A stretch of 52,480 nucleotides of DNA from Bacteroidales bacterium (GTDB lineage Bacteria > Bacteroidota > Bacteroidia > Bacteroidales > Marinilabiliaceae), in contig JAKSBD010000732.1 in the NCBI GenBank assembly GCA_022361295.1, positions 1-52,480 of the forward strand, written 5' to 3'. A program made the translations under genes and the position numbers. Below the pieces are notes generated by a model. It was given only the letters and a program-made list of their open reading frames with translations, was not told the origin of the DNA and ran no database searches. Shown here one piece after another: positions 10,810 to 20,603 of the stretch (position 1 is the first letter of the stretch; every line of letters begins with the position of its first letter).

Positions 10810-13800
10810 ATGAAAAAAAACAGATTAAAAAGGGCTTTAACGTCTGTTAACAGGTGGAAAGTCACAGCTTTGCTGATTGCAGGCATTCTGTTGTCAGGTA
10901 CAAATCTATTTGCCCGACAGCAAGAAAGACTCAATGTGGTGCTTAAAAACGCATCATTGGAAGAGGTATTTAATACGATTGAAAAACAAAGCTCATATCG
11001 CTTTTTATATAAATCAGACCTTGTTGATGTTAATAAGAAAATCAACATCTCAAAGCGTAATGCAGAGCTGGAATCTATATTAAAGGAAGCTTTTGCAGGA
11101 ACCGACATCTACTACACGGTAAAGGAAGGTGATTTGGTAATTATTACACCATCAGCACCCAATGCCAGGTTTGATATACAGCAGGAGGAAAAGATCCTTA
11201 AAGGTAAGGTAGTAGATGCTTCTGGAGAACCGCTTCCGGGAGCGGCCGTTTATCTTAAGTCTGACAATACAATCGGTACGATCACCGATGTGGAAGGGCG
11301 ATATGAATTAAAAGTTCCGAATGATGCACAAACCATTGTATACTCATTTATCGGAATGGAAAACCAGGAGGTAGCTTTTGCAGGGCAAACGAATATTGAT
11401 ATCACATTAATGTCGGCATACGAAGAAGTTGATGAGGTAGTGGTAGTTGGTTATGGTATTCAAAAGAAGTCAAACCTGACAGGCTCTGTAACTAACCTTG
11501 ATACAGAAGATATGAAGGGAATAACTTCTCCTAATGTGGGTAACCTTCTTCAGGGTAAGGCTGCAGGTGTATTTGTCTCTCAGGGCTCAGGGCGTCCGGG
11601 TGATGCGCCAACTATCCGTATTCGTGGTAAATCAACTTTAAGTGGTAGTGTTGATCCATTGTGGGTTGTTGATGGTGTTATACAGGCCGAAGCACCACAA
11701 TTAAATCCGGAAGATATTGAATCAACATCTATTCTGAAAGATGCCTCGGCAACAGCTTTGTATGGTTCCCGCGCTGCTAACGGTGTAATTCTTGTTACTA
11801 CGCGTTCGGCTAAAGAAGGAAGCGATCAGATCAATGTAGCTGTAAAAACTGGTGTTACTAAATTATCATTGGGTAACTTCAAGATGATGAACAACACCGA
11901 GATGACAAACTATATTAAATCGTTTGCAAATGGTTATGCTGACCTGGATTGGTTTACAGAGGAGGCACAGGCTCGTAATACTGATTGGTTTGATGAAGGA
12001 ACCAAGCTAGGTGTTGTGCAGGATTATGGTATATCATTCTCAGGTGGTAATGAGAAACTAAGAACTTATATTTCAGGTAATATTTATGATGAAAGTGGTG
12101 CAGTAAAGGGCTATGACTATACGCGCTACTCCGGCAGAATGAATATTGATTACGATATTAAACCCTGGTTGACATTGCACCCAAAACTTGGTTTTACTTA
12201 TCGTGATATTATGGATAAGCAGCAAAGTGTTGGTGAAATGTTCCTTAATATGCCATACGATCGTCCACGTGATGATGATGGTAATATCATTGACCCAACA
12301 GACCCTGAATCAGGATGGATTGGTCGCGACAAGAGTAATTCAATTTATAATCTACAGTGGAATTATTCAGAAACATCAGAATTAAGACTATCGCCGTACA
12401 TGGGATTTGATATTAAACTGGCTGAAGGCTTAACTTTTGTTTCTTCAAATAGTTTTGATTATCAACACCACAACAGAACTGATTATGTTGATCCTCAGTC
12501 AACCATAGGACGTAATGATGTTGGTAATATTGCCAATTACCATTACAAAAGCCTGAATCGTTTTACCAACCAGCTATTGCGTTACCAAAAAGGTTTTGGC
12601 GATCATTACCTGACTGGTTTGGTAGCATATGAATTTAACGACTACGAGTACTCAACTACCTTTGCTCAGCAGAAAGGAATTGTTTCTGGTACCGAAATAT
12701 TAAACGGAGGTTCTGAAATGAAGCGTATAACTGGAACAAAAGCAGGCTATGCTTTTAAGTCCTACTTATTCAATGCCAATTATACATATGGCTCACGCTA
12801 TATGGCTCAGTTTTCTTTCAGACGTGATGGCTCATCTAAATTTGGTAAAGATACCCAGTTTGGTAACTTCTATTCTTTTAGTGCTGGTTGGAACATTCAC
12901 AATGAGGATTTCTTTAACTGGGATAATGTTAATGTGTTAAAATTCAGAGCTAGTTATGGAGTGCTTGGTAATACACCATATGATGATAATAGTTTGAACG
13001 GAACTTATTATCCGAGTAAGGAGTTGTATTCTATAACTAACCAATATAATAAGGTGCCAGTCATTTCAGCAGATCAACTTGGGAATGATGATTTGACCTG
13101 GGAAAAGACACATAGTACTAATTTCGCTTTAGATGCACGTTTATATAATCGTTTTGACTTAAGCCTGGAGTACTATATTAAGGACACAAAAGATCTTCTT
13201 TACTATGTAACATTGCCTGCAACGTCTGGTTTTTCAGGTTATTGGGAGAATGTTGGAGCTGTTAAAAACAAAGGATTTGAGATGGTTCTTGGTGCTGATA
13301 TCTTCCGCTCTGCATCTGATGGTTTCGCATGGCGCATTGATGCTAATATTGGTGTTAACCGCAATGAAATTACAGAGTTATATGAAGGTAATGACATAAT
13401 TGATGGTAACAAAATCAGAAGTGTTGGCGAAGATGTTGATACCTGGTACATGCGTAAGTGGATGGGCGTCAATCCTGATGATGGTATGCCACAATGGGAA
13501 ACTATTGATGAAGATGGTAACAAAAGCCTGACTACAGATTACAACAAGGCTGCTTTGCAAAAAGTTGGTACTTCAACTCCTGATTTGTTTGGAGGTATCA
13601 ATTCTACAATGAGTTATAAGAACTTCTCATTACTGATGAACCTGGATTACGTTTCAGGAATCGATATTTACCATTATGCCCGTGAGCTTTATGACAATGA
13701 TGGAGCTTACTCAACATTTAATGCTATGTCTCTGGCTGATGGTTGGAGCCGTTGGGAAAAACCAGGTGATAAAGCAACACACCCTCAGCCTTATAACGGA

Positions 13801-14073
13801 GGTAATAGCTTATCTAACAAAACATCATCACGTTACATCGAAGATGGCAGTTACCTGCGCTTAAGAAATGTGACCTTAAACTACAGGGTTGGAAGCATTA
13901 AGAATGTTGATTTTATTAAGAACATGAGCGTTTATATATCGGCAGAGAACTTAGTGACATTTACCGATTATTCAGGTATTGACCCTGAAGTTGGAGAAGA
14001 GGGAACTGGTGATGCCTATGATGATTATGCCATTCCACAGCGTTTTATGTTTGGATTAAGCGTAACATTTTAA
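10810..14073 (+). CDS. SusC/RagA TonB-dependent transporter with N-terminal STN signalling domain
   Basis: STN-like region, EVVVVGYG, LKDASATALYGSRAANGVI, RRDGSSKFG, C-terminal F; ATG 10810 preferred (ORF from 10774). Confidence 0.96.
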   Translation: MKKNRLKRALTSVNRWKVTALLIAGILLSGTNLFARQQERLNVVLKNASLEEVFNTIEKQSSYRFLYKSDLVDVNKKINISKRNAELESILKEAFAGTDIYYTVKEGDLVIITPSAPNARFDIQQEEKILKGKVVDASGEPLPGAAVYLKSDNTIGTITDVEGRYELKVPNDAQTIVYSFIGMENQEVAFAGQTNIDITLMSAYEEVDEVVVVGYGIQKKSNLTGSVTNLDTEDMKGITSPNVGNLLQGKAAGVFVSQGSGRPGDAPTIRIRGKSTLSGSVDPLWVVDGVIQAEAPQLNPEDIESTSILKDASATALYGSRAANGVILVTTRSAKEGSDQINVAVKTGVTKLSLGNFKMMNNTEMTNYIKSFANGYADLDWFTEEAQARNTDWFDEGTKLGVVQDYGISFSGGNEKLRTYISGNIYDESGAVKGYDYTRYSGRMNIDYDIKPWLTLHPKLGFTYRDIMDKQQSVGEMFLNMPYDRPRDDDGNIIDPTDPESGWIGRDKSNSIYNLQWNYSETSELRLSPYMGFDIKLAEGLTFVSSNSFDYQHHNRTDYVDPQSTIGRNDVGNIANYHYKSLNRFTNQLLRYQKGFGDHYLTGLVAYEFNDYEYSTTFAQQKGIVSGTEILNGGSEMKRITGTKAGYAFKSYLFNANYTYGSRYMAQFSFRRDGSSKFGKDTQFGNFYSFSAGWNIHNEDFFNWDNVNVLKFRASYGVLGNTPYDDNSLNGTYYPSKELYSITNQYNKVPVISADQLGNDDLTWEKTHSTNFALDARLYNRFDLSLEYYIKDTKDLLYYVTLPATSGFSGYWENVGAVKNKGFEMVLGADIFRSASDGFAWRIDANIGVNRNEITELYEGNDIIDGNKIRSVGEDVDTWYMRKWMGVNPDDGMPQWETIDEDGNKSLTTDYNKAALQKVGTSTPDLFGGINSTMSYKNFSLLMNLDYVSGIDIYHYARELYDNDGAYSTFNAMSLADGWSRWEKPGDKATHPQPYNGGNSLSNKTSSRYIEDGSYLRLRNVTLNYRVGSIKNVDFIKNMSVYISAENLVTFTDYSGIDPEVGEEGTGDAYDDYAIPQRFMFGLSVTF

Positions 14074-14121
14074 GAAGCTGAATAAGCATTAATCAAGATG
14101 GTAACAAAAAAGATTAAACAA

Positions 14122-15942
14122 ATGAATAAGAAAATATATACATGGTTGCTGATTCCTTCCATTATTTTGGGGCTGTTTAGCTGTGAATTGGATAGAAAGC
14201 CATTTGAATCAATCGAAAAGGACGATGTTTATTCATCGGGTAATGCATTGGAAGCATTAACATTAGGAAATTATGCCATATTAAAGGGTAAAGGTATTGC
14301 CGATGGATATTCGTGGGTAAATAACTTCTATCGCTTTGCCGAGTATCCGGGTGATAATGTGGCATTGAGTGGAAGTACGACAGATCCGCTAATGTTTATT
14401 TATAATTACAAGCGCCAAACAACAGGTTATCGCAAGCAATCATTATGGACAGCTTCGTACAAAACAATTGTAGGTTGTAATACAGTGATTGAACGAGCAG
14501 AAGAAGGTGTGTCGGAAGAAATTGATCACATGATCGGGCAGAATTACTTTCTGCGTGGTATGGTATATTTTTATTTAACCAATGTGTTTGGTCGTCCTTA
14601 TAATCAGGACCCGGTTTCCAACCTTGGTGTACCGCTTAAACTAACAACTGACGTTAATGATCAGCCGGTACGTTCATCTGTAAAAGATTGTTATGATCAA
14701 ATCGTGAAGGATTTAGAGAAGGCCGAGGACTTGATGACACTTGAAAAAACAGCTAGCTATGCTACTAAAGAAGCTGCACAGGCTTTGTTATCGCGTGTTT
14801 ATCTATACATGGAAGAAAATGATTTGGCAATCGAATATGCCGATAAAGTGATTACTTCTGGTCGTTATCATTTACTGTCTAAAGATGATTTTAAAAAGTA
14901 TCCAAAGTTTACTCCGGATGAAAATGGAGAAACAATCTTTGCCCTTCGTTATGTTGATGGTGCTGATAACACAGGACAGTGGGATGATTGGTATACTTTC
15001 CCTGGAATGTATGCAGCAGTAGACGCACAAGGTAATGCCTCATTGACAGGTGCAGGTTGGGGTGAATTATATGCCTCAGTAACTTATAGGGATATTGTTG
15101 AAGAATGGCCTGATGATGCTCGTGGTGCTTTTGTAACGGCTATGGTACAGGATGAAAGCAGTGAGGAACTGTATGGCGTTTGGTACGGTTTAAATGCTTA
15201 TTCTGACGATGATTCTGATGATATTAAAAAGTACAATAGTTTCTTGTTTCACCAGGATGAGGTAAACGCGGAAATGACAGAGTTAACGCAGAAATGGAAC
15301 GTTGATGTTAATGGTGATGGAGCTGATGAGCTTATAACAGAATCATCACCTATCACAGCAGAGGTGGACCCTAAGACTGGCGTTACTAATTATAGCGTAA
15401 CTCCTTTTATGCTTAACACCTCCACTGGTTCAACAACCCAACTGGATGCACCTGTTAAGCTACGAATCAATAAATATTTAGCGACTCGTCAGACTTATCC
15501 AAAGTACTTTATTACTAAGTGTTCAGGACAGGAAAATAAAGGACACCTTTGGTCGCCTGTCGTTGTACGATTAGCCGAAATGTACCTTAATAGGGCAGAG
15601 GCTTATGCAAAAAAAGGAAATGTAGAAAGTGCATTGAATAATGTCAATGAGATTCGTCGTCGAGCAATAGGCTCAGAGGCAGAGTATACTTCATCAGATG
15701 TAACACCTGAGATGCCACTATTGGATATTGTGCTTAAAGAGCGACGTTTAGAGTTGGCTTACGAAGGTCATCGTAAATTCGATGTGTTCCGCAATGGCTT
15801 AAAAATGGATCGTAATTATCCGGGAACGCATTTGAGAGGAAATGATCCTTATTATGAGATACTTCCATCATCATACGATATTGTGGAGTATTTACCTGAA
15901 AAAGAAATTCAGGCACAACCAGATTTAATCCAAAATCCATAA
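14122..15942 (+). CDS. SusD/RagB lipoprotein
   Basis: Lipobox LFSC; A.ALLSRVYLY, RLAEMYLNRAEA, ERRLELAYEGHR; ATG 14122 preferred (ORF from 14098). Confidence 0.95.
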   Translation: MNKKIYTWLLIPSIILGLFSCELDRKPFESIEKDDVYSSGNALEALTLGNYAILKGKGIADGYSWVNNFYRFAEYPGDNVALSGSTTDPLMFIYNYKRQTTGYRKQSLWTASYKTIVGCNTVIERAEEGVSEEIDHMIGQNYFLRGMVYFYLTNVFGRPYNQDPVSNLGVPLKLTTDVNDQPVRSSVKDCYDQIVKDLEKAEDLMTLEKTASYATKEAAQALLSRVYLYMEENDLAIEYADKVITSGRYHLLSKDDFKKYPKFTPDENGETIFALRYVDGADNTGQWDDWYTFPGMYAAVDAQGNASLTGAGWGELYASVTYRDIVEEWPDDARGAFVTAMVQDESSEELYGVWYGLNAYSDDDSDDIKKYNSFLFHQDEVNAEMTELTQKWNVDVNGDGADELITESSPITAEVDPKTGVTNYSVTPFMLNTSTGSTTQLDAPVKLRINKYLATRQTYPKYFITKCSGQENKGHLWSPVVVRLAEMYLNRAEAYAKKGNVESALNNVNEIRRRAIGSEAEYTSSDVTPEMPLLDIVLKERRLELAYEGHRKFDVFRNGLKMDRNYPGTHLRGNDPYYEILPSSYDIVEYLPEKEIQAQPDLIQNP

Positions 15943-15952
15943 TATACTTAAT

Positions 15953-15995
15953 TGACGGGTGTTCAATAGAAACACTTTCTGTTGAACACCCGTCA
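15953..15995 (+). promoter_or_regulatory. 20-bp stem-loop between susD and sulfatase (mRNA stabiliser or attenuator)
   Basis: TGACGGGTGTTCAATAGAAA-CAC-TTTCTGTTGAACACCCGTCA, one U-G pair, no U tail. Confidence 0.6.
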
Positions 15996-16019
15996 TTAGA
16001 CGATTTCGCTCAAAAACAT

Positions 16020-17444
16020 ATGAATATGAATAGATTCTTCACAACCGGGTTGGTATTAATTATCGCAACTGTTTTAAATGCAGGGTATTGTAATGCGCAA
16101 ACAAACAAGCAACCAAATATTATTCATATTCTTGCTGATGATGTCGGGTTTGATGATTTAAGTTGCTTTGGCTCAAAAGATATTTCAACTCCTAACCTGG
16201 ACGCCCTGGCTCAAGGGGGAATGAAATTTACCAGTTTTTATGCTCCACACGGAACCTGCACACCTTCAAGAGCCGCGTTGCTTACCGGACGTTACGCTCC
16301 GAGGATTAATGGAGGTGAAGGCTTATATGTTCTTTTTCCGCATTCGGAATTGGGTTTAGAGGATGAAGAAGAAGTGACTATAACTGAGTTGTTGAAGGAA
16401 AAAGGGTATAAAACCGGATTATATGGAAAGTGGCATTTGGGACATTTACCACAATACCTGCCGTGTGTGCATGGTTTTGATGATTATTTAGGAATACCAT
16501 ACCCTAATGATCATGGTCCTGAACGTATCGGAAACAGTGGTTGGAGACCCAATGGGATCAGTGATCCTGCCATTCCTTTAATTGAGCAGGCTCAAATAAT
16601 CAAACGGTGTGATAATAATGACTTAGCTGAGCTGCCAGCATTATTTACCCGTGAAGCATGTAAGTTTATTTACCGGTCGGTTAAAGAGGAAAAACCGTTC
16701 TATCTGCAATATGCCAATATGGAAACACATACTCCCTGGTTTATTCCCAAGGGGTTTGAAGGACAAAGTAAGGCTGCTGCTTACGGAGATGCCGTTGAAT
16801 ACCTGGATCGTTCAGCAGGTATTATTATTAATACCCTTAAGCGCTTAAACATTGAGGATAATACAATTATTGTATTTTCATCGGATAATGGCCCATTAAT
16901 TCATCGTGATCTGGAATTAGAGAACTGCTATGGAAAATTTGGATATACAGATCCGGAACGTACACATATATTAAGAGAGGGTAAATACCAGGAACGCTAT
17001 GATGGAGGTATCAGGGTTTCATGCATAATGGCCTGGCCTAATAATATTCCGGCAGGTACAACCTGTGATGAACCGGTTACTGCCATGGACTTATTCACCA
17101 CTTTTGCAGAAGTAGCTGGTGCTGAAATTCCATCAGATCGTCCTATTGATGGAAAGAATATATTAAATTTAATGAAGCAGGAAGCAGGTGCTGTTTCTCC
17201 TCATAAAGCAATTTTTGGATATAAAGCCAGAGGAGGATTAATGAGTGTGCGTTATCAAAACTGGAAATTGGTTTTCAAGAGGCCTTACGATCCGGAGACT
17301 GTAAATGAATTGTATTTATATGATTTAAATTCCGATTTGAGTGAAACAATTGATGTGGCTTCAAATAAACCAAAAGTCGTTAAGAAAATATTAGGGCTTT
17401 GTAAAGAAGCTGAAAAGGCGATTAAAGAAGGTAAAGAAATATAG
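16020..17444 (+). CDS. Formylglycine-dependent (S1) sulfatase, Cys type, secreted
   Basis: PNIIHILADD, CTPSRAALLTGR, GKWHLG, SSDNG; signal peptide. Confidence 0.95.
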   Translation: MNMNRFFTTGLVLIIATVLNAGYCNAQTNKQPNIIHILADDVGFDDLSCFGSKDISTPNLDALAQGGMKFTSFYAPHGTCTPSRAALLTGRYAPRINGGEGLYVLFPHSELGLEDEEEVTITELLKEKGYKTGLYGKWHLGHLPQYLPCVHGFDDYLGIPYPNDHGPERIGNSGWRPNGISDPAIPLIEQAQIIKRCDNNDLAELPALFTREACKFIYRSVKEEKPFYLQYANMETHTPWFIPKGFEGQSKAAAYGDAVEYLDRSAGIIINTLKRLNIEDNTIIVFSSDNGPLIHRDLELENCYGKFGYTDPERTHILREGKYQERYDGGIRVSCIMAWPNNIPAGTTCDEPVTAMDLFTTFAEVAGAEIPSDRPIDGKNILNLMKQEAGAVSPHKAIFGYKARGGLMSVRYQNWKLVFKRPYDPETVNELYLYDLNSDLSETIDVASNKPKVVKKILGLCKEAEKAIKEGKEI

Positions 17445-17464
17445 AAAACATAAACATTATTGGG

Positions 17465-18955
17465 ATGTCAACAAACAGACGATCATTTTTAAAGAATATG
17501 GCGCTTGGGGCAGGTGTTGCTGCAGCCGCTCCACTGGCAGGATGTAATGCACGTCCAAAAGAGCAGGAAGCAGTTGCTTATATACGTGAAAACGCTGAGC
17601 GTTTGCCTAAAATGGAATTTAATATGTGTGGGTATGCTGCACCTAAGCTTGATAAAGTCCGTGTGGGATTTGTAGGTATTGGTGACAGGGGTATTGGTGC
17701 CGTAGATCGAATGGGATTTATTGAAGGTGTTGAAGTAACAGCTCTTTGTGATACTCGACAAGCTGCTATTGATGGCGCACAGGCTTCATTGGCTAAAGCT
17801 GGTTTGCCAAAAGCCAAGGAATTTACAGGTAGCGATACCGCTTTTAAGACTTTATGTGATAGTGGCTTGGTTGATCTTGTATATATTGCAACACCATGGG
17901 AATGGCACGTTCCGGTAGCACTTGCAGCTATGCGTGGAGGCAGTCATGCGGCCGTTGAGGTATCAACCGCCAAAACCATGGATGAATGTTGGGAGATGGT
18001 TGAAGTATCGGAGCAAACAAAGAAACACTGTGTGATTCTGGAGAACTGTTGCTATGATTTCTTTGAGCTGCTAACTTTAAATATGGCCCGTCAGGGTGCT
18101 TTTGGTGACTTGGTTCATGGAGAAGGGGCCTACATTCATGATTTGGATTACTGGCATTTTAACAAGCCACAGGATGATAAGCCACGTGGTGATGGTGCTT
18201 ATGACAAATTATGGCGCCTGCACGAAAATACGCGTAAGGCCAACGTGTATCCTACACATGGTTTAGGACCAATTTGCCAGGCTATGGACATTAACCGCGG
18301 CGACCGTATGGATTACCTTACGGCGATGATGTCAGACGATTTTACACTTGCTAACCGCATTAAAGAGCTGGCGCCTGACAGGCCTGATTTGCAGCAGTTC
18401 ATTGGCAAGGAAATGCGTGGTAACATGGATATGCAAATGATTCGAACGGTGAAGGGCCGTACCATGATGATACAGCATGATATCAGTTCACCTCGTCCAT
18501 ATTCGCGAATTCATATGTTGAGCGGAACGAAGTGCTTTGCGCAAAAATGGCCTTTACAACACATAGCTTTTGGGCACCATGTTGCTGACGATGCTAAGAT
18601 GAAAGAACTGTGGGAGAAATATACACCTGAAATAGTAAAACGAATAGGTGAGATGGCCAAGCAGGTTGGCGGTCATGGCGGTATGGACTTTATGATGGAT
18701 TGGCGCTTGATTGACTGTTTGCGTAATGGCTTGCCTATGGATATGGATGTATACGATGCCGCTGCCTGGAGTTGTATTACTCCATTGAGTGAATGGTCAA
18801 TTGCCAATGGTTCAAAGCCAATTGCTATTCCTGATTTTACACGCGGTAAATGGAAAACAAATAAGCCGGTTGAATTAACACTAAAAGGAGGAGGAACAAC
18901 AGGGGTTCGTAACCTTAAAAAAGCTGATTCTGATAAGCAATTGTCAGTAGGTTAA
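17465..18955 (+). CDS. GH109-like NAD+-dependent glycoside hydrolase (Gfo/Idh/MocA), Tat-exported
   Basis: NRRSFLK Tat motif and LAGC lipobox; YIATPWEWH, LENCCY, YPTHGLGP, GGHGGMDF, PDFTRG. Confidence 0.9.
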   Translation: MSTNRRSFLKNMALGAGVAAAAPLAGCNARPKEQEAVAYIRENAERLPKMEFNMCGYAAPKLDKVRVGFVGIGDRGIGAVDRMGFIEGVEVTALCDTRQAAIDGAQASLAKAGLPKAKEFTGSDTAFKTLCDSGLVDLVYIATPWEWHVPVALAAMRGGSHAAVEVSTAKTMDECWEMVEVSEQTKKHCVILENCCYDFFELLTLNMARQGAFGDLVHGEGAYIHDLDYWHFNKPQDDKPRGDGAYDKLWRLHENTRKANVYPTHGLGPICQAMDINRGDRMDYLTAMMSDDFTLANRIKELAPDRPDLQQFIGKEMRGNMDMQMIRTVKGRTMMIQHDISSPRPYSRIHMLSGTKCFAQKWPLQHIAFGHHVADDAKMKELWEKYTPEIVKRIGEMAKQVGGHGGMDFMMDWRLIDCLRNGLPMDMDVYDAAAWSCITPLSEWSIANGSKPIAIPDFTRGKWKTNKPVELTLKGGGTTGVRNLKKADSDKQLSVG

Positions 18956-19065
18956 TTAATGTCTGGCATAGCATAGGCTATGTTGTAATTTTTCACCTTT
19001 TAGAAATTCTAAATATTCAATAAAAATTAAGGCTCATTCTAAAATTCATTTGGTATAACTTATTT

Positions 19066-19100
19066 ACAACGGCTCTATTCATTATTGATAGGGCCGTTGT
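19066..19100 (+). terminator. Stem-loop downstream of GH109, possible terminator
   Basis: ACAACGGCTCTATT...GATAGGGCCGTTGT, weak U tail. Confidence 0.45.
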
Positions 19101-19122
19101 TGAAATTTAAAATAAAAAAAAC

Positions 19123-20442
19123 ATGAAAATAGTACCATATATACTTTTTTCTGCAATTTGTTTGCTCTTAATAGGATGTACAAGTTGCAGTAAAGATGAC
19201 AGTGAAACAGAAAAGGTAGAAATTCCTTCCATGGAAATTCGTGTGCCGGCAGGTGGTAACACCTGGGTGGTTGATAATCCTTTTAAAGGCGGTCAGATAG
19301 TTTCAGATGAAGGCATCAGGAGTTGGAGTGACAAAACAGATAAACTTCGAATTTATTTTAAGTTGCCTAAAGCCGGAGTGCTTCATGTTGGGGTTAATGC
19401 AAAGGTAAATACCGGTACTTCTGTGCTTAGGTTTACAGTAGATGATGATGCCAAAGAATTAAAGATGACCGGAAAGGAATTAAGTAATCATTTTGCAGGT
19501 AGTTTTGAGGTGTCAGAGCCAGGGTATCATTATGTTGAAGTGGAAGGTGTATCTAAAGAAGGTAGCACATTTGCCGAAATTAATGATGTAACACTTGGGG
19601 GAGAGGCAACATCTGGCAAAATGTACTTTGTGAATGAAGAATATTACTGGGGACGCAGGGGACCATCTGTTCACCTGAGTTATAAAGTCCCTGAACAGGC
19701 ATCGGATATTGAATACTTCTACAATGAAATTACCGTGCCTGAGGGAGAAGATGTTATAGGTTCATATTATATGGCCAACGGCTTCGGTGAGGGGTATTTC
19801 GGTTTCCAGGTGAATTCAGAAGAGGAACGTCGCGTATTGTTCTCTGTTTGGAGTCCGTATCATACCGACGACCCTGGTTCAATACCTGAGGAAGATAAGA
19901 TTAAATTAGTTCGTAAAGGCGAGGGTGTTACTACCGGTGAATTTGGTAACGAAGGCTCAGGAGGTCAAAGTTATTGGAAATACAACTGGATTACAGGTAA
20001 TACCTATCAGTTTTTATTGAAAGGTAAACCATTAAATGATGGTTATACCCAATACACTGCATGGTTTAAAGGGCCTGAGTTACAAGAATGGAAACTTATA
20101 GCCAGTTTCAAACGCCCCAAGATTCAAACATGGTTAACAAGTCAGTATTCATTCCTTGAGAATTTTCATACAGAAACGGGTGCCATAAGTAGAAAGGCAT
20201 ATTACAACAACCAGTGGGTACGCGATACCAAAGGTCACTGGTACGAGATGACTGAGGCGAAGTTTACAGCTGACGCTACTGCCCGAAAAGAATCGCGTAT
20301 GGATTATGCAGGTGGTGTTGACAATGGCGTATTCTTTATGCATAACTGTGGGTTTTTTAATGAAACGACGCAGATAGACAGCTACCATAAGCGGACAGCT
20401 CTGGGGGTTCAACCTGTAATAGATTTCAATAGCTTACCATAA
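19123..20442 (+). CDS. DUF5077/DUF3472 domain lipoprotein
   Basis: Signal with Cys lipobox; YWGRRGPSVHL, GFGEGYFG.QVNS..ERRVLFSVWSP, FGNEGSGGQS, SFLENF. Confidence 0.85.
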   Translation: MKIVPYILFSAICLLLIGCTSCSKDDSETEKVEIPSMEIRVPAGGNTWVVDNPFKGGQIVSDEGIRSWSDKTDKLRIYFKLPKAGVLHVGVNAKVNTGTSVLRFTVDDDAKELKMTGKELSNHFAGSFEVSEPGYHYVEVEGVSKEGSTFAEINDVTLGGEATSGKMYFVNEEYYWGRRGPSVHLSYKVPEQASDIEYFYNEITVPEGEDVIGSYYMANGFGEGYFGFQVNSEEERRVLFSVWSPYHTDDPGSIPEEDKIKLVRKGEGVTTGEFGNEGSGGQSYWKYNWITGNTYQFLLKGKPLNDGYTQYTAWFKGPELQEWKLIASFKRPKIQTWLTSQYSFLENFHTETGAISRKAYYNNQWVRDTKGHWYEMTEAKFTADATARKESRMDYAGGVDNGVFFMHNCGFFNETTQIDSYHKRTALGVQPVIDFNSLP

Positions 20443-20474
20443 AAGCCACATCCTTTATTTTGAAAATAGAGTAT

Positions 20475-20510
20475 TCCCCGGTAGTTGTTTCTAAAACTGC
20501 CGGGGATTTT
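20475..20510 (+). terminator. Intrinsic terminator
   Basis: TCCCCGGTAGTT-N8-AACTGCCGGGGA followed by TTTT. Confidence 0.7.
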
Positions 20511-20603
20511 ACTTTAATAGTGGTATAATTCTATCATCTAACCATAATAAACTATTTTTACATGCGTTTGTAAAACGTAAATAACAATTTAGGGATTTAA
20601 GGA

